IMG/VR virus record: IMGVR_UViG_3300042878_002054
Origin: an uncultured virus (IMG/VR IMGVR_UViG_3300042878_002054)
Taxonomy: Duplodnaviria > Heunggongvirae > Uroviricota > Caudoviricetes
Reading direction: 5' to 3' (one strand)
DNA: 64,000 bases
Below the pieces are notes generated by a model. It ran no database searches. It saw only the letters and a list, made by a program, of their open reading frames with translations, and was not told the origin of the DNA. The position numbers were made by a program, and so were the translations under genes. Of this stretch, positions 9,636-21,700 are shown one piece after another. Positions within the stretch are counted from its first letter, which is position 1. Every line of letters begins with the position of its first letter.

Positions 9636-10339
9636 ACTTAGGAAAGAACTACTACGCCTTGCTGGGTGTCGCAAGAGATGCGGAAGAAAAGCAGATAAAG
9701 AAAGCTTACTACAAGCTTTCTTTTACACATCATCCTGATAAGGGTGGTAATGCGGTGTTCTTCGCAGAGCTTACAGAAGCGTATGACGTTCTTTGTTCAA
9801 AGGAAAGATCTGACTATGACTTAAAGTCTAAGTTTGGAAATAACTATAATGAATATTTTGAGTTATTCAACATAAACTCTGAGCTTGAGTACGATGATGT
9901 TAAAAGTAAGAGAGAAAAGTTTAAAGACTCTGAAGTTCTTAATATTCAAATAAAGGTTGGTGAAGACTTCAACGGATCTGTCGAATATGAAAGATATGTC
10001 AAATGTAAAACATGTGATGGTTCTGGAAAAGACCTTTCTTCTAAAATAGTCATAAGAGATGTTGATGGAAACATTCTAAGAACATTTGATGCGGATGATG
10101 GTTGTGACTTCTGTGAAGGAAGTGGTAAAGACTATGCCGGAAATCCGTGTTCTTTTTGTTCTGGTCAGGGTAAGATTGGAATGACACATTGTAAAAAGTG
10201 TGATGGTGAAAAAAGAATACTGGGTAAACAAAAGCTTTCTGGTATAAAGCTTGATGGAGATGAGACAAAAGTAGACTCTATGGGGCATCATTCAAAGAAT
10301 GAGCCCGGAAAGTCTGGATATCTTTTGATTGTTAGATAG
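9632..10339 (+). CDS. dnaJ: DnaJ-like chaperone (J-domain plus Zn fingers, short C-terminus)
   Basis: YYALLGV...HHPDKGG; four CxxCxG motifs. Confidence 0.9.
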   Translation: MNLGKNYYALLGVARDAEEKQIKKAYYKLSFTHHPDKGGNAVFFAELTEAYDVLCSKERSDYDLKSKFGNNYNEYFELFNINSELEYDDVKSKREKFKDSEVLNIQIKVGEDFNGSVEYERYVKCKTCDGSGKDLSSKIVIRDVDGNILRTFDADDGCDFCEGSGKDYAGNPCSFCSGQGKIGMTHCKKCDGEKRILGKQKLSGIKLDGDETKVDSMGHHSKNEPGKSGYLLIVR

Positions 10340-10340
10340 T

Positions 10341-13300
10341 CTAATTTGTATTTGTCTGATTATTGGCCGCAACCGTATTATTAAAAGTTGCAGGTTGTGC
10401 AGGTAATCCAGGTAATCCAGTAACTGCAGCAACTGCAGGATCTGCAACAGAAGCCGCTTCCGCAGCAGCAGCGGCAGATTCTGCTTGTATAGATACCTCA
10501 CCACTTGGCTGGTAGATATAGAAACTATCTAATCCGTATATACTATTATCCAACAAAGAGAAATCATTTTCAACATACTCTATATTAGGAGCGATTGCCT
10601 GATAAGGAACAGATACACTTTTATTTATATTCTTTGTATTGAAATATTGAAAGAAAGGTATCATATCTACTTCATAAAGCTTAAGATTATCTATTGTGAT
10701 ATTAGATACGTTAGATCCATTTAAACCATTTCCTCTAAAGAACATTGATAAGTTTGTTTTGTTATAGAAGAATTCTATTTTAGTTTTATTAGGAGTCGAA
10801 ACGTGATTAATATTTTTATACACTGGGAAATAAGTTGTGTCTAATTTTCTTTCTTTGTATCCAATTCCAGGAACATATACTTTTCTAAGTGCGTAGTTTA
10901 AGTTGTTAAAATGTATAAGTGGTTGATATTTAGAACTATCATCATAAAGACTTGTGTTACCATCTTCAAATATAAAGTCAGGAACAAGTGCTTGTATTAA
11001 ATCAAATTTTACAATAGTGTATCTTTGTTTGGCTATAGGAGAGTTTGTTCTGTTTGCAACATCATAAGAAGGTTGTATGTTTAAAACACCACCTTTTCCT
11101 ACGGCACTGACCTTCATTTCTTTACCAGCCGCTGGATCTTCATCATCAAGTGCCTCTGTTGTTCTTTCAAATGAAATAGCAGACCCTGGATTTCCATCTT
11201 TGGCAAATACCCATCCTTGATTGGCAAAATCTGTAGATGTTGGTAACTGTTGTCCTACAGGTTTAGTTTGAAAATAAGGAAATGTGTTTGTTCTGTATAA
11301 ACCTGCTTTGGTAGTCCATCCAGTTATATCAAAATGATCACCAAAGTCTCCCGCGTCACCTATATAGTCTTCATATATTTTGTATTTAGATCCTAATCTA
11401 TATTTTCTTATGTTAGTAGAAAAACTATCTCTGAAAGTAACACTACTCGACAATACATCATAAGTAGGATATCCGTATAGGTTATTGTCTGAATATGCAT
11501 AAGTTGAAACAGAATTATCTATTGTAGATTGTGGTTTACCAATGTTTACAGCACTAGTATTATCAAAGTTAACATCCATCCAAGAATCGTACATGAAAAC
11601 TCTTGTATTATCCATAGATTGTAAGGAAGTAACTTTAGATGCATTGTTAGCATTGAAGTCTACGTTCTGTACAAGTCCGGTTGATATGTTGGTTGTTATA
11701 GTTCCTTTGATGGCAGTACCATACGTATTTGGATCTTTATCAGTAGCCCATGCCAAATCCACTATTACTCTATAGTCATCAGGAATAGAAAGTATTTTGG
11801 TTGTTCCAAACGTACTGAAAGTAGATGATATTGTTATTGAATCTCCTACCGTAAGACTATGTATTTTATCAAAAATTATTCCTACTTTTATCATATCTAA
11901 CGTAGCTAAATATGTATTTGAAAATTCTAAAATTCTTTTTCTAGATTGGAAATGTCCACCGTCAAATTTACCATCAAGCCAATGTGTATCGAACATTTCG
12001 GTTATATAAGGAAATCCTCTAAATAGTCCGTTGTTCCAAACTCCAGTAAAGTATCCGTTAAAGAACCCACCAGTAAGCCAAACGTTTTTAGTTATGTAGA
12101 TTCTATGTATGTCAGAGTCTATCTTTATTCTTCTTATTGGGAAGTCACTTTCAAACTCAACTGCTATAGACTTAGTTGTTTTTGTCATTATAGTGAAATA
12201 GCTCTTTATAAGCTTTCTTTCTTCATTTACATCTATTGCTACAATGTTTCCTATAGAGACTTTATCACCAACTTCAAATCTAGAAACTGCATCCATTGAT
12301 CCGGATATAGAGAACCTCCATCTTTTGTCTCTGTTGTAAGAAAAGAAATCCGATATGTTATGGAATTCATGTAAGTTTTCGTCTTTTCTCCAACCACTAT
12401 TCCAAGCACCATTTTCCCATACACCTGCCATGAATTTTCCATTTCCTATTTTGGCAGTCACTGAGCTAAGAGAAAGAGTGTTTGGATCGTTTAAGTTTCC
12501 AGTTCCTACATAAGTAGAGTAAGATACATTTTCAATCGTGTCCATAAGAGAAAAAGTGTTATCTCCACCAGCACCGGCTGCTGCAGTAGCAAATAATAAA
12601 TCTGTTGCACCCGGAGTGGTTGATCCTATTGTTGAACCCAATGCAACTCTTGGTAATCCTGTTGCAGAATCTAAAGGATTCTCAGTAGGGGAATTGTTTA
12701 CTCCAAAAACATCGTCGTTTACTCTATACAACCTGTTGTTCGCGTCATGGTATCCACCATCTATCTTCAGATTTTTCAGAGAAGATCTAAGATTTAGCAA
12801 CGGTGTGTAACCGGGTGCTTTCTTAACACCTCTAAAATCGACTGCAGGATCTTCAACCTTACTAACTTGATCACCTACTATGAATAAATATTGATTTCCT
12901 TCTAATCCAAACAGATACTGAAGTTTTGCAGCACCGGGATTGGTCGTATTTTCTACATCACTTTGTGTAAGTGTCAATATAGGAGTATATACTTTTTTGT
13001 ATAAGAATTCTATATTCCAATCTTCAAAGATACCACTATCTCCACCCCAATCATCTTTTATGTAAAGTGAGTAAGTACCATTAAAAGTTCCATCTACATT
13101 AGAAAGATATTTTAAGTCATTAACACTTGATCTAAAGTCAACGGTTTCATCTCCGGTTGTCGATATGTTGTTGAACCCGTTTAACATTGTTGTTGTTCCT
13201 TGTCCGTTGTTTTTATCCATTTGAAAAGTAAGACCAGGTAATATCATAAGTTGAGACCAGTCAAAGTTGTATGACGAAGAAGAATAAGGTGTTTGTAACC

Positions 13301-15683
13301 AAGGTGACTTTACAGGATATGAAGGTCCAGTTGCTGGAGCACCAGTTGTTGTATTTGCAGGAAGACCAATAGGGTCATAAACATATCCTTTACTTTTACT
13401 ATTTGGCCAAAAGTCAAGTCCTTGCATTTTAGGAAAATTAGTATTTGTAGTAAATGTTATGTTTCTAAGATCATTGAAAAAACCACCTGAATACTTTGCC
13501 TTTAGATTTATGACGTTTCCGTTAGGAACTCTAAGGTTTATTATCATATCTGCAATGTAAGTATGTCTTAATGTTATGTTTACTCTTATCTCTTTCAGAT
13601 TCGTACTATCATCATCTACTATTATGTTGTTTACAAGTGCTTTGTTTGAATCTGCACTATTGTAATCTTTTATGATAGTACTTCTACTTGCATCCGAAGG
13701 AACTCTTATCGTTATACTTGCACTTATTCTACCATATTTTTGGAAAAATCCATTCCAATTGGTTCCTTTTTCGGTTCCTTTTACAGAAAAATTTGTAGTT
13801 GTACAAATAGGAGCATCATATACTCTATCAGGATGTGACTGAGATACAAAAGGTCCTTGTTTTACTTTTATCTCATTAGTAAAGGCATCAAGGAAATTAG
13901 ACCAGTCGGCACCATTATTACCCAATATCGTATACGATTTATTGAACGTGTATTGTGTATAGTTACTTGAATACTGACTCGTAAACGAAAGAGTAACTAT
14001 ACTACCTACTTTAATTGGTCCTGTAAGAGCTGAGATATTAATATTTGCAGTAGGAAAAGTGGAGTCACTTGAGGCATTTGCAGAACCCGAAAACGCACCG
14101 GCAGCCACCGTTGGTGCATATACGTTATTTGTTCCAACATATGTGAATTTTCCCTGTGATCCTGATATTGCAATTCCATTTCCCTGTCCAGGATTTGGAT
14201 CACCTTTAATAAGACCATCTGTTGTATATGGTGCAGTTCCTAATGGTAAAAGAATCTTTTGTAAAGCTGGTAGAGATAAAGGATCTAAAGTATATGGAAC
14301 CTGATATCTACTCATGACTAAACTCAATCCTCTTGAATTTGGACCAGAATTTGCAGCATTGAATGCTTGTATCTCTGTAGTTGTAGCGGGATTTGATGAT
14401 AAGTAGTAAGTATCTGGAAATCTAAGAATTCCTTTGTACAAACTACTGCCTAATGATTTTGATGTAGGTAGAGTAGGTGAAAGATATATCTTTATTCCCG
14501 AATCAGATCTAAGACTTTCATATAAAAAAGAAAGGTTAAATTTTTGAAAAGGTATATATTTTGCTATATAGTTGTTCTCTCTATATCCATAGTGAGACTC
14601 TTGAAGTCCAGCATCCCCACCAACAGGATTATTGTTATCATTCAAATCAGAAGATACTGAATCAAATTGTTGATCATACCATGTATATTCGTTATTATCG
14701 GCATCGTAGTACCAACCTTTTCCAAAAAGACATCTTTTTAGAGGTAGTTTATTAGCAAGAGTTAAACCATTGGAAGTGTTTGTGAATTTTCCTGTGTATG
14801 AGTTTGTTAATCCTGCGGCTGGTGCCGTCGGATCGGACGGGTAGTCTCCAATCCACGGATCATTGTCATATGATACAAATGAGTAACCTTGTATCTTCCA
14901 TCCAATCTCATTTATCTCAACACCACCTAATCCATAACCAGCAGCATATACAGATTGTGTGGAAGATACTGCAGTACTAAAATTATACGATGTGGGATTT
15001 CCTGATGCATTGAGAACTTCTGTTTTGGAGGAACTCAATTTGTTTGTAAGTGCGATATATCCAGAATCGGTATCAACTTTAGGATTTGAATAATAGTATA
15101 ATATATACATCGTCGGTTGTAGTGTTGATGCACGAATAAAATTTTTATAATAAGGAACATCAAAATAATATGAATCTTCCCATGTTGGATTTATTCCAAG
15201 TGCTCCTTTAAATATATTTAAAAAAGAGTTGTATAAACCTCCGTTTGGTTGTTTGTTTGCTGGTGTATTAAGATATGATTCAACTACGGTTCTATTATTT
15301 GCGTATGCAAAGTTGTAGACGTGTGTTTTGAACTGGTAGTTTTTGGTTGCAACGAATTTTTTGGTACTATTTATGGAAGGACCAAAATAGTAATCTAATA
15401 TGTATGAATATACTCCAGTACCAAGCAAAGAGTTACTACCAATGTCACTTATCATGAAACCAGAAATTTGAGGACTATTTAAAGGGAAAAAAGTAGTATT
15501 GGTAGAAGGAATATACGAATAAACTGTTCCCGTATTGGAGTCTATCTTAGTATGTTTTAAACTTATTGCGGTTGCTTGTTTCGAAGTATCGCCGGCACCA
15601 CCTCTTACGTTTATTATTTTAAAAGCAGCAGTACCTGAGCATTTTAACCAGCTCTCATCTATTCTTTGTTTCCAGATTCCCAT
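10341..15683 (-). CDS. large probable virion protein (1780 aa) with a proprotein-convertase P-domain-like region and WxxGxF repeats
   Basis: VNITLRHTYIADMIINLRVPNG...NGTYSLYIKDDWGGDSGIFEDWNIEF; GVWENGAWNSG; TTAATATATAG upstream. Confidence 0.7.
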   Translation of the reverse strand: MGIWKQRIDESWLKCSGTAAFKIINVRGGAGDTSKQATAISLKHTKIDSNTGTVYSYIPSTNTTFFPLNSPQISGFMISDIGSNSLLGTGVYSYILDYYFGPSINSTKKFVATKNYQFKTHVYNFAYANNRTVVESYLNTPANKQPNGGLYNSFLNIFKGALGINPTWEDSYYFDVPYYKNFIRASTLQPTMYILYYYSNPKVDTDSGYIALTNKLSSSKTEVLNASGNPTSYNFSTAVSSTQSVYAAGYGLGGVEINEIGWKIQGYSFVSYDNDPWIGDYPSDPTAPAAGLTNSYTGKFTNTSNGLTLANKLPLKRCLFGKGWYYDADNNEYTWYDQQFDSVSSDLNDNNNPVGGDAGLQESHYGYRENNYIAKYIPFQKFNLSFLYESLRSDSGIKIYLSPTLPTSKSLGSSLYKGILRFPDTYYLSSNPATTTEIQAFNAANSGPNSRGLSLVMSRYQVPYTLDPLSLPALQKILLPLGTAPYTTDGLIKGDPNPGQGNGIAISGSQGKFTYVGTNNVYAPTVAAGAFSGSANASSDSTFPTANINISALTGPIKVGSIVTLSFTSQYSSNYTQYTFNKSYTILGNNGADWSNFLDAFTNEIKVKQGPFVSQSHPDRVYDAPICTTTNFSVKGTEKGTNWNGFFQKYGRISASITIRVPSDASRSTIIKDYNSADSNKALVNNIIVDDDSTNLKEIRVNITLRHTYIADMIINLRVPNGNVINLKAKYSGGFFNDLRNITFTTNTNFPKMQGLDFWPNSKSKGYVYDPIGLPANTTTGAPATGPSYPVKSPWLQTPYSSSSYNFDWSQLMILPGLTFQMDKNNGQGTTTMLNGFNNISTTGDETVDFRSSVNDLKYLSNVDGTFNGTYSLYIKDDWGGDSGIFEDWNIEFLYKKVYTPILTLTQSDVENTTNPGAAKLQYLFGLEGNQYLFIVGDQVSKVEDPAVDFRGVKKAPGYTPLLNLRSSLKNLKIDGGYHDANNRLYRVNDDVFGVNNSPTENPLDSATGLPRVALGSTIGSTTPGATDLLFATAAAGAGGDNTFSLMDTIENVSYSTYVGTGNLNDPNTLSLSSVTAKIGNGKFMAGVWENGAWNSGWRKDENLHEFHNISDFFSYNRDKRWRFSISGSMDAVSRFEVGDKVSIGNIVAIDVNEERKLIKSYFTIMTKTTKSIAVEFESDFPIRRIKIDSDIHRIYITKNVWLTGGFFNGYFTGVWNNGLFRGFPYITEMFDTHWLDGKFDGGHFQSRKRILEFSNTYLATLDMIKVGIIFDKIHSLTVGDSITISSTFSTFGTTKILSIPDDYRVIVDLAWATDKDPNTYGTAIKGTITTNISTGLVQNVDFNANNASKVTSLQSMDNTRVFMYDSWMDVNFDNTSAVNIGKPQSTIDNSVSTYAYSDNNLYGYPTYDVLSSSVTFRDSFSTNIRKYRLGSKYKIYEDYIGDAGDFGDHFDITGWTTKAGLYRTNTFPYFQTKPVGQQLPTSTDFANQGWVFAKDGNPGSAISFERTTEALDDEDPAAGKEMKVSAVGKGGVLNIQPSYDVANRTNSPIAKQRYTIVKFDLIQALVPDFIFEDGNTSLYDDSSKYQPLIHFNNLNYALRKVYVPGIGYKERKLDTTYFPVYKNINHVSTPNKTKIEFFYNKTNLSMFFRGNGLNGSNVSNITIDNLKLYEVDMIPFFQYFNTKNINKSVSVPYQAIAPNIEYVENDFSLLDNSIYGLDSFYIYQPSGEVSIQAESAAAAAEAASVADPAVAAVTGLPGLPAQPATFNNTVAANNQTNTN

Positions 15684-15712
15684 TAACTATATATTAAAAT
15701 TTAATTTGTCCA

Positions 15713-18700
15713 TTAGGTAGTAAAAGAAGGTCCAGAAGTAATATTATTTGATGCATTTATAGTAAATGTTATCATCCTACTATAAGCAGTACCTCCATCA
15801 TTAGTAACGTATGCTCTTACTTTATAAGTAGTAGTTTGTCCGGATGCAGGTGTGACAACCGATATACTATCGAAGAAGCTCGTAGCATTAGCAGTTGTTC
15901 CGGTTGCTGGCAAACTAGGGTTTTGATCTGTTGGATTACTACCATCTGTTGTGAAGCATAGTCCGTATGATAATATTGTCGACGAACCGTTGTTGGTTAT
16001 AGTAATAGGGTTTCCTGTAGTACCAATAATCATTTTCTTATTAGACGAATCATATGTTACATCATTACCTTCTGGTGTTGGTAAGGTTACTTTTACTAAA
16101 GTCGTGAACTCTAAATCTGTAGTACCAAGATATCCTGTGCCTGCAGCATTTTTGGCATAAGGCCTATAGTAGTATTTCTGCCCTATTATCAACGAGTTTA
16201 TATTAGTGGTGTAGTTTAATTTGTTTATAGCTGTGGCGGAGGCTATGGTTGTTGGTGTGGCAGAATTCGGTAAAGTAGAGTAAGCGATTCCTTTTTCGGT
16301 CAACAATGCCGCAGTTCCTAATAATACATTTCCAATACCTCCCACTCCCGCAGCATTAGTATTAATAATAACAGATTCTGCTGATTCGGTTACCTCCGTT
16401 ATCGTGGTTGGTTCAAATGCCGGTAGTGTTATTTTTTCGACCACTTCTTCATAATAAGTTCCACTTATATTTGTTACGTATCCTCGTAAAAAATATTTTG
16501 TGTTTGGTGTAAGACCTGTCGCCGAAGTAGGTGGTGCTGCAGTGTCCGCGGTTCTTGTCGTAAGAAGAGTAGCTGCTGTTGCAGGTGTGAAATATGATGT
16601 ATTCCAAATAATACCTCTAGCTGTAGGGGCTGCAGCACCAGAATTTATTGCACTTGTTATTGCAATAGTCGGCGTTATGGTAGTCGCAGTAGATATTAAT
16701 GTGGTTGTAATTTTTGCCAAAGTCGTTATACTATACTCTAAACCGTATCCAGTACCGATGCCGTTTGTCGCATATGCTTTAAAGAAGTATTTCTGTCCTG
16801 AATCGAACGTAGTCACGGTATAACTGAAATTGCCAATAGTATCTGTGAATGCGAAATATCCTAATGTATTTGTATTTGGTTGTGGCATGGTAGTTGGTGC
16901 GGTCGTGCCCGTAGGATATCCTGTTCCTGTGGTTGTATAAACAAATCCAGTTCCATTGGCCACTATAGGACTTCCATTTATATTGACTATGTCTCCTTTT
17001 AGTGTGGCACCGTTCTCTGTTATGTTACTACTGATTAGTAAAGGTAAGGTTGTCGTAACGTCAACTGCACCAGGTGCCGAAAAGAATGGTTTTTCAGAAC
17101 TATAAGCATAAACAGATGGCTGTGTCGTACTATATGCGTATGCACGAACTCTGTATGATGTATTTGATGCAATACCAACTATATTGGCGATTGTTTGTGT
17201 AAAATCACCGGTTGTACCATCGGTTGCGACAACGACTCTAATTTGATTTGAAGTATATGTTGTTGCATACGTAGTAGGAGTTACATTTGTCGCAGCAGCG
17301 TCGATTGATATGATGAATCCTTTTTCTAATGTCGTAGAGCCACCAGTACTTGTTAGACTTCCTTTCAGTATAGTTGTTGTCGGAGTAACTTGAGTCACTA
17401 CCGGAACGTCAACTCCCGAAGTTACAGTTATAATCGGACCGTATCCGTAACCACCTGTGTTGGATGTGTATGGTCTTATATAGTAAGTCGTATTTGCAAC
17501 AATTGCGTTAAAACCAGTTGTTAAAAGTGTAGTGGTGAAAGTATTTCCAGTTGATGCGTTTGTTTTATTAAACACATTGCCACCACCAACACTAGAATAT
17601 TCTAATACAGCAGATGAACTCGTAGTGTATAAAAGTCCTTTTTCTGTTGGTGCTGGTTGTGAACCTGCAACAAAGGTATAGTTAGCTGTAATAGTTATAC
17701 TACTTTTAATTGTCTGTGTATAACTCGACGCTACTGCTGGCCCTTGGAAAGCCCCTGTATACACCTCTGTTGTAGCACTAGGAACAGGAAGTGCGTTCAC
17801 TGTTATTGGTTCATTCTTCTGAACAGTTTGGAAAACAACCGTATTTGTAGTTATTGCAGGTCCATCAACACTGGATGCACTGTTTATTGCGTATCCTCTT
17901 AAAGAATACCACTTACTTGCAATTAGACCCGTTACGGTTATCTCAAAGGTGATCAAAAATCCAGTGTTGGCATCTCCTGTTGTAAAAATAGGTGTAGTCG
18001 TCGCAGACAACACTGTGGATTGTTTTGGCTTAGTTCCTGCTGCAGGAGTTGCTATTCCGCCTGTTACGGACAACGAAGGAAATGCATTGTTTGCATCTGA
18101 CTCACTTGCAGATTCGACAAATATAACACCGGCCTCTCCTATAGGAGCACCATTATTGTTTATTATATTAAAGGTTGCCTTTACTTTTGTAGGACTTCCT
18201 ATTTTCTCAACATACACGATGTCTATAGCAGGAGGAAAAATTCCGGCATCGTCTTGATTTGTCGTCGTGAATGAATCTATATTAGGTTTTAAAATCCTAG
18301 TTTCTACCATAGATACTGTTGTATCAACATCACTTTCAAATATATTCCATATATGACAAGAAGATGTTCCACTCCATTCAATTCCTCTATTAAGTATTTC
18401 TTTTGAGAATCCGTCATCTACTCTACCTCTGTATTCGAAGTTAGATCCATACCAGTTTCCGTTTCTCCATACTCCATTTTCCCAGAATATGTTGTAAGCA
18501 TTCATATAGTTAGAAATACCATTCTGCCATATCATTCCAACTGCTGTTCCTGATATGAATTGTCCATATTTCCATTTAGACATATGGAATTCACTATCTA
18601 TAAGTTTTCCATTTTCCCAAATACATGAATCGTCTTTGATAAACTCTGGTCTATCTGACTTTCTAGTAACATATGGATTGAATGCACTTGATTTGAAACT

Positions 18701-21700
18701 TCCCATCTTAAAGAGTCCGTTCAACCAAACAGAGTTGTTTATTTCACCACTTGGATGGTCAAACGTTCCTGATAACCAAAGCATATTACTAAACTTTGCA
18801 CTTTTCCCTAATTTAACAGGAGCCATTGCTCTTACTGGTGTAGTAAATAGTTTTTTATCCGTTACAAAGTTATCTTTTTTATCAGATACAACTCCACTTC
18901 TCCAAACTCCATAATATTCAGTTTTGAAAGAATCGATGAATAATTGTGCGTTTACAGACTTTATTCCATTTCCTGCAGCAGGAACAGAAGAACCACCTTT
19001 GAACTCTCCATATGTAAATACTCCGTTGTTCCAAAGTTTTCCTTTAAATACACCATCATTGAATACACCATTAAACCATGTAGAGTTAGATAGAAGACTT
19101 TCGTTTCCAAACTCTCCACCATTGAACTCACCTGCATGCCATGAATAGTCTAATATATTTTCGTTTGGAACTAAATAACTTCCACTTTTCTTGTAGCCAT
19201 AAGTAGATATAAACTTACCACCGTTGAACTTACCGTTCTTCCACACACCTAAGTCTATGAACTGACCACCATTAAATATACCATCGTGCCATACTGCATC
19301 GTTTTTAAAAGACTTTATTATATAACTTGTTTTGTAGTTAAAAGTAAGATTAAATTTTTCAACAAAACCACTATCTACCGCCGCACAATCCATAACCATA
19401 AGAGTCCATATTCCTTTGACCGATTTATCTGTGTTCAAAAGTTCCGATATTTTAGTTGCGTTTGAATGATATGACTTAGTCCATCCTGTGAATGATGACG
19501 AAACTATGTATTTAAGGTATTCTGATTTATTTTTAACAAATAACTTATCGTTGTTTTTAACAAAATATAGTTCCCAAGCGTATAGTGGATCACTACTTGT
19601 TGATCTCTCTACTATCTTACCAACAAAGCTGACAGGCCATACCTCTGCAGTACCTGCAGCAGGTGCAACCCAGTTTGGATCACTAGCAGTTGCTATTACC
19701 AAATATCGATCACTTTCATACACATTTGCAGGTGGTTGACTTCTATAGTCTATTACCGTAGGAATGATATTTTCTGTCGCGTTGTAAGCTATATTAGGAA
19801 GAAGTCTGTTGTTCAAATCGTAATACACACCTTGGTTTATTAATGCGTCGAATTTGAACTCTCCGGTATAAGGAGGAGTTCCTATTTCTAAGTTTGGTTT
19901 AGTAGAATCGCTAGTGAAGTTTGTTGAAAGAAGATTGTCGTTTCCTCCACAAGAATATCTTTTCTTTATGTTTATTATTCTACCATTTGGTGACATAAGG
20001 TTTATTATAAGGTCACCAAGATATGTGTGTTTTATCGTAAGATTCAAATCTATCTCAAAATCTCCTAATATAGGATTTATATCATTAATACTTTGAGTTG
20101 CTATTGTTATCTTATAGTCTGCTATAGCAAGTGATTGTAAATCTAAATTGTATGAAATGTTGGAAAAAGTAGTTCCCAAAACATCATCATTATTTGATCC
20201 GAATATACCATTATTGAACACTCCATTCATCCACTCAATACTTGAGCTTGAAAGTCCAGTGTAGCTTGTATCTTCCGAATAAACGTTGGCATTATCTACT
20301 GTAGTGTAGTTGATTAAACCATTATAGATTTTTGTATCAGCTGCAGCAACTTGTTTAGTTCCTATCTTTCCACCGTTTATAGTTCCTGCATAGAATTTAG
20401 AGTAGAAGAAAAGTCCGTTGTCCATAACTCCATTTTCCCAGTCACTTTTGTAGAACTGACCTCCACTAAATTTTCCGTTTCTCCAAGAATATCTATTATT
20501 TGATAATGTTGCACCAATATTTCCAATCATATAGTAAGATCTTACTCTATCATTTAGATAGTTTGGTCTATCTAAAGTAGGTTTTGCATCAAAACTTTTT
20601 GAGTTGTAAAACATTCCACCCGTAAAGTTTCCAGTGATCCATGTTGCTTGCTTAATAGTTCCTTTTGAGAATGTAAGTCCGTTTATAATAGATTTGTTTA
20701 TTATACCATCGTTCCATATGTCTGTTCCTCCCACTAAGTTAGAGTAAAGATAAGTAGCAGAAGACAATATGTTTGAATTGTTTGAAAAAAGAGTATCTGA
20801 TATAATAAGATTTTTTACCTTATCGATGTTGTTAAAGTCTTTGTCTGTAGAATCATAGTCGATGTCTCTTATAAGAGAGTTTACTATGTATGGTCTTTTG
20901 AATATACCAGACTTTATCTTAGTTTTGTCTATCTTAGTCTTACTTATATAACCCCATCTGTTTTTTGCATCTGTTGTGTAGAATAATCCATTTGCGGTTA
21001 ATCCTGCAACTATATTGGTAGTACCCAAATCTCTAAGAGTCAATCTTCCTTTATCGTTTTCTATTACTTTGTATGTGTCGTTCAATCTTGTTACAGATCC
21101 AGTAACAGAATCTATTCTAACAAGTGCATCTAAATTAGAATCTACATCACTTATAGTGAAGATTTCTCCTTCATTGTAATAAAGTCCCGCACCGTTTATT
21201 GTGATATCTTCTATTTTACCCTCTGTCGCACCTATTCCTGTGAAAAGGTTTAAAGAAAGACCTCTTGTATCTTTGTTGGATGCGGTTATAGATGTAACCG
21301 TAATAGATGCAGTCAATCCACCAACAAATTGTGAGTTTGGATCAAACGGATTTATTATATTTAGAACATCTCCAATAAGATAATCCTCACCTGGTGTATT
21401 TATGTTGAAGCTTGTTATCTCTCCATTACCAACCGTTTTTATAGAAAAGGTTGCATTACCACCTTCTATTTTAAAAACTTGGTTTACATCATATCTAAGA
21501 CCACTATTGTTTATCTCAAGATATGTTATAGTTCCGTTTGCAGAAGTTCTATAGTTTACTGTCAATCCTGAACCTAAAGTGTTTGGAGACGCAGTTGATC
21601 CATTAGGTAGTGTTACTATTGGTCCGGTAAAGAAGATAGCACCAACGCCTGTTGCACCACTAGGAACAGAAACCAATGGAGGTCCAAAATTTGAATATGT

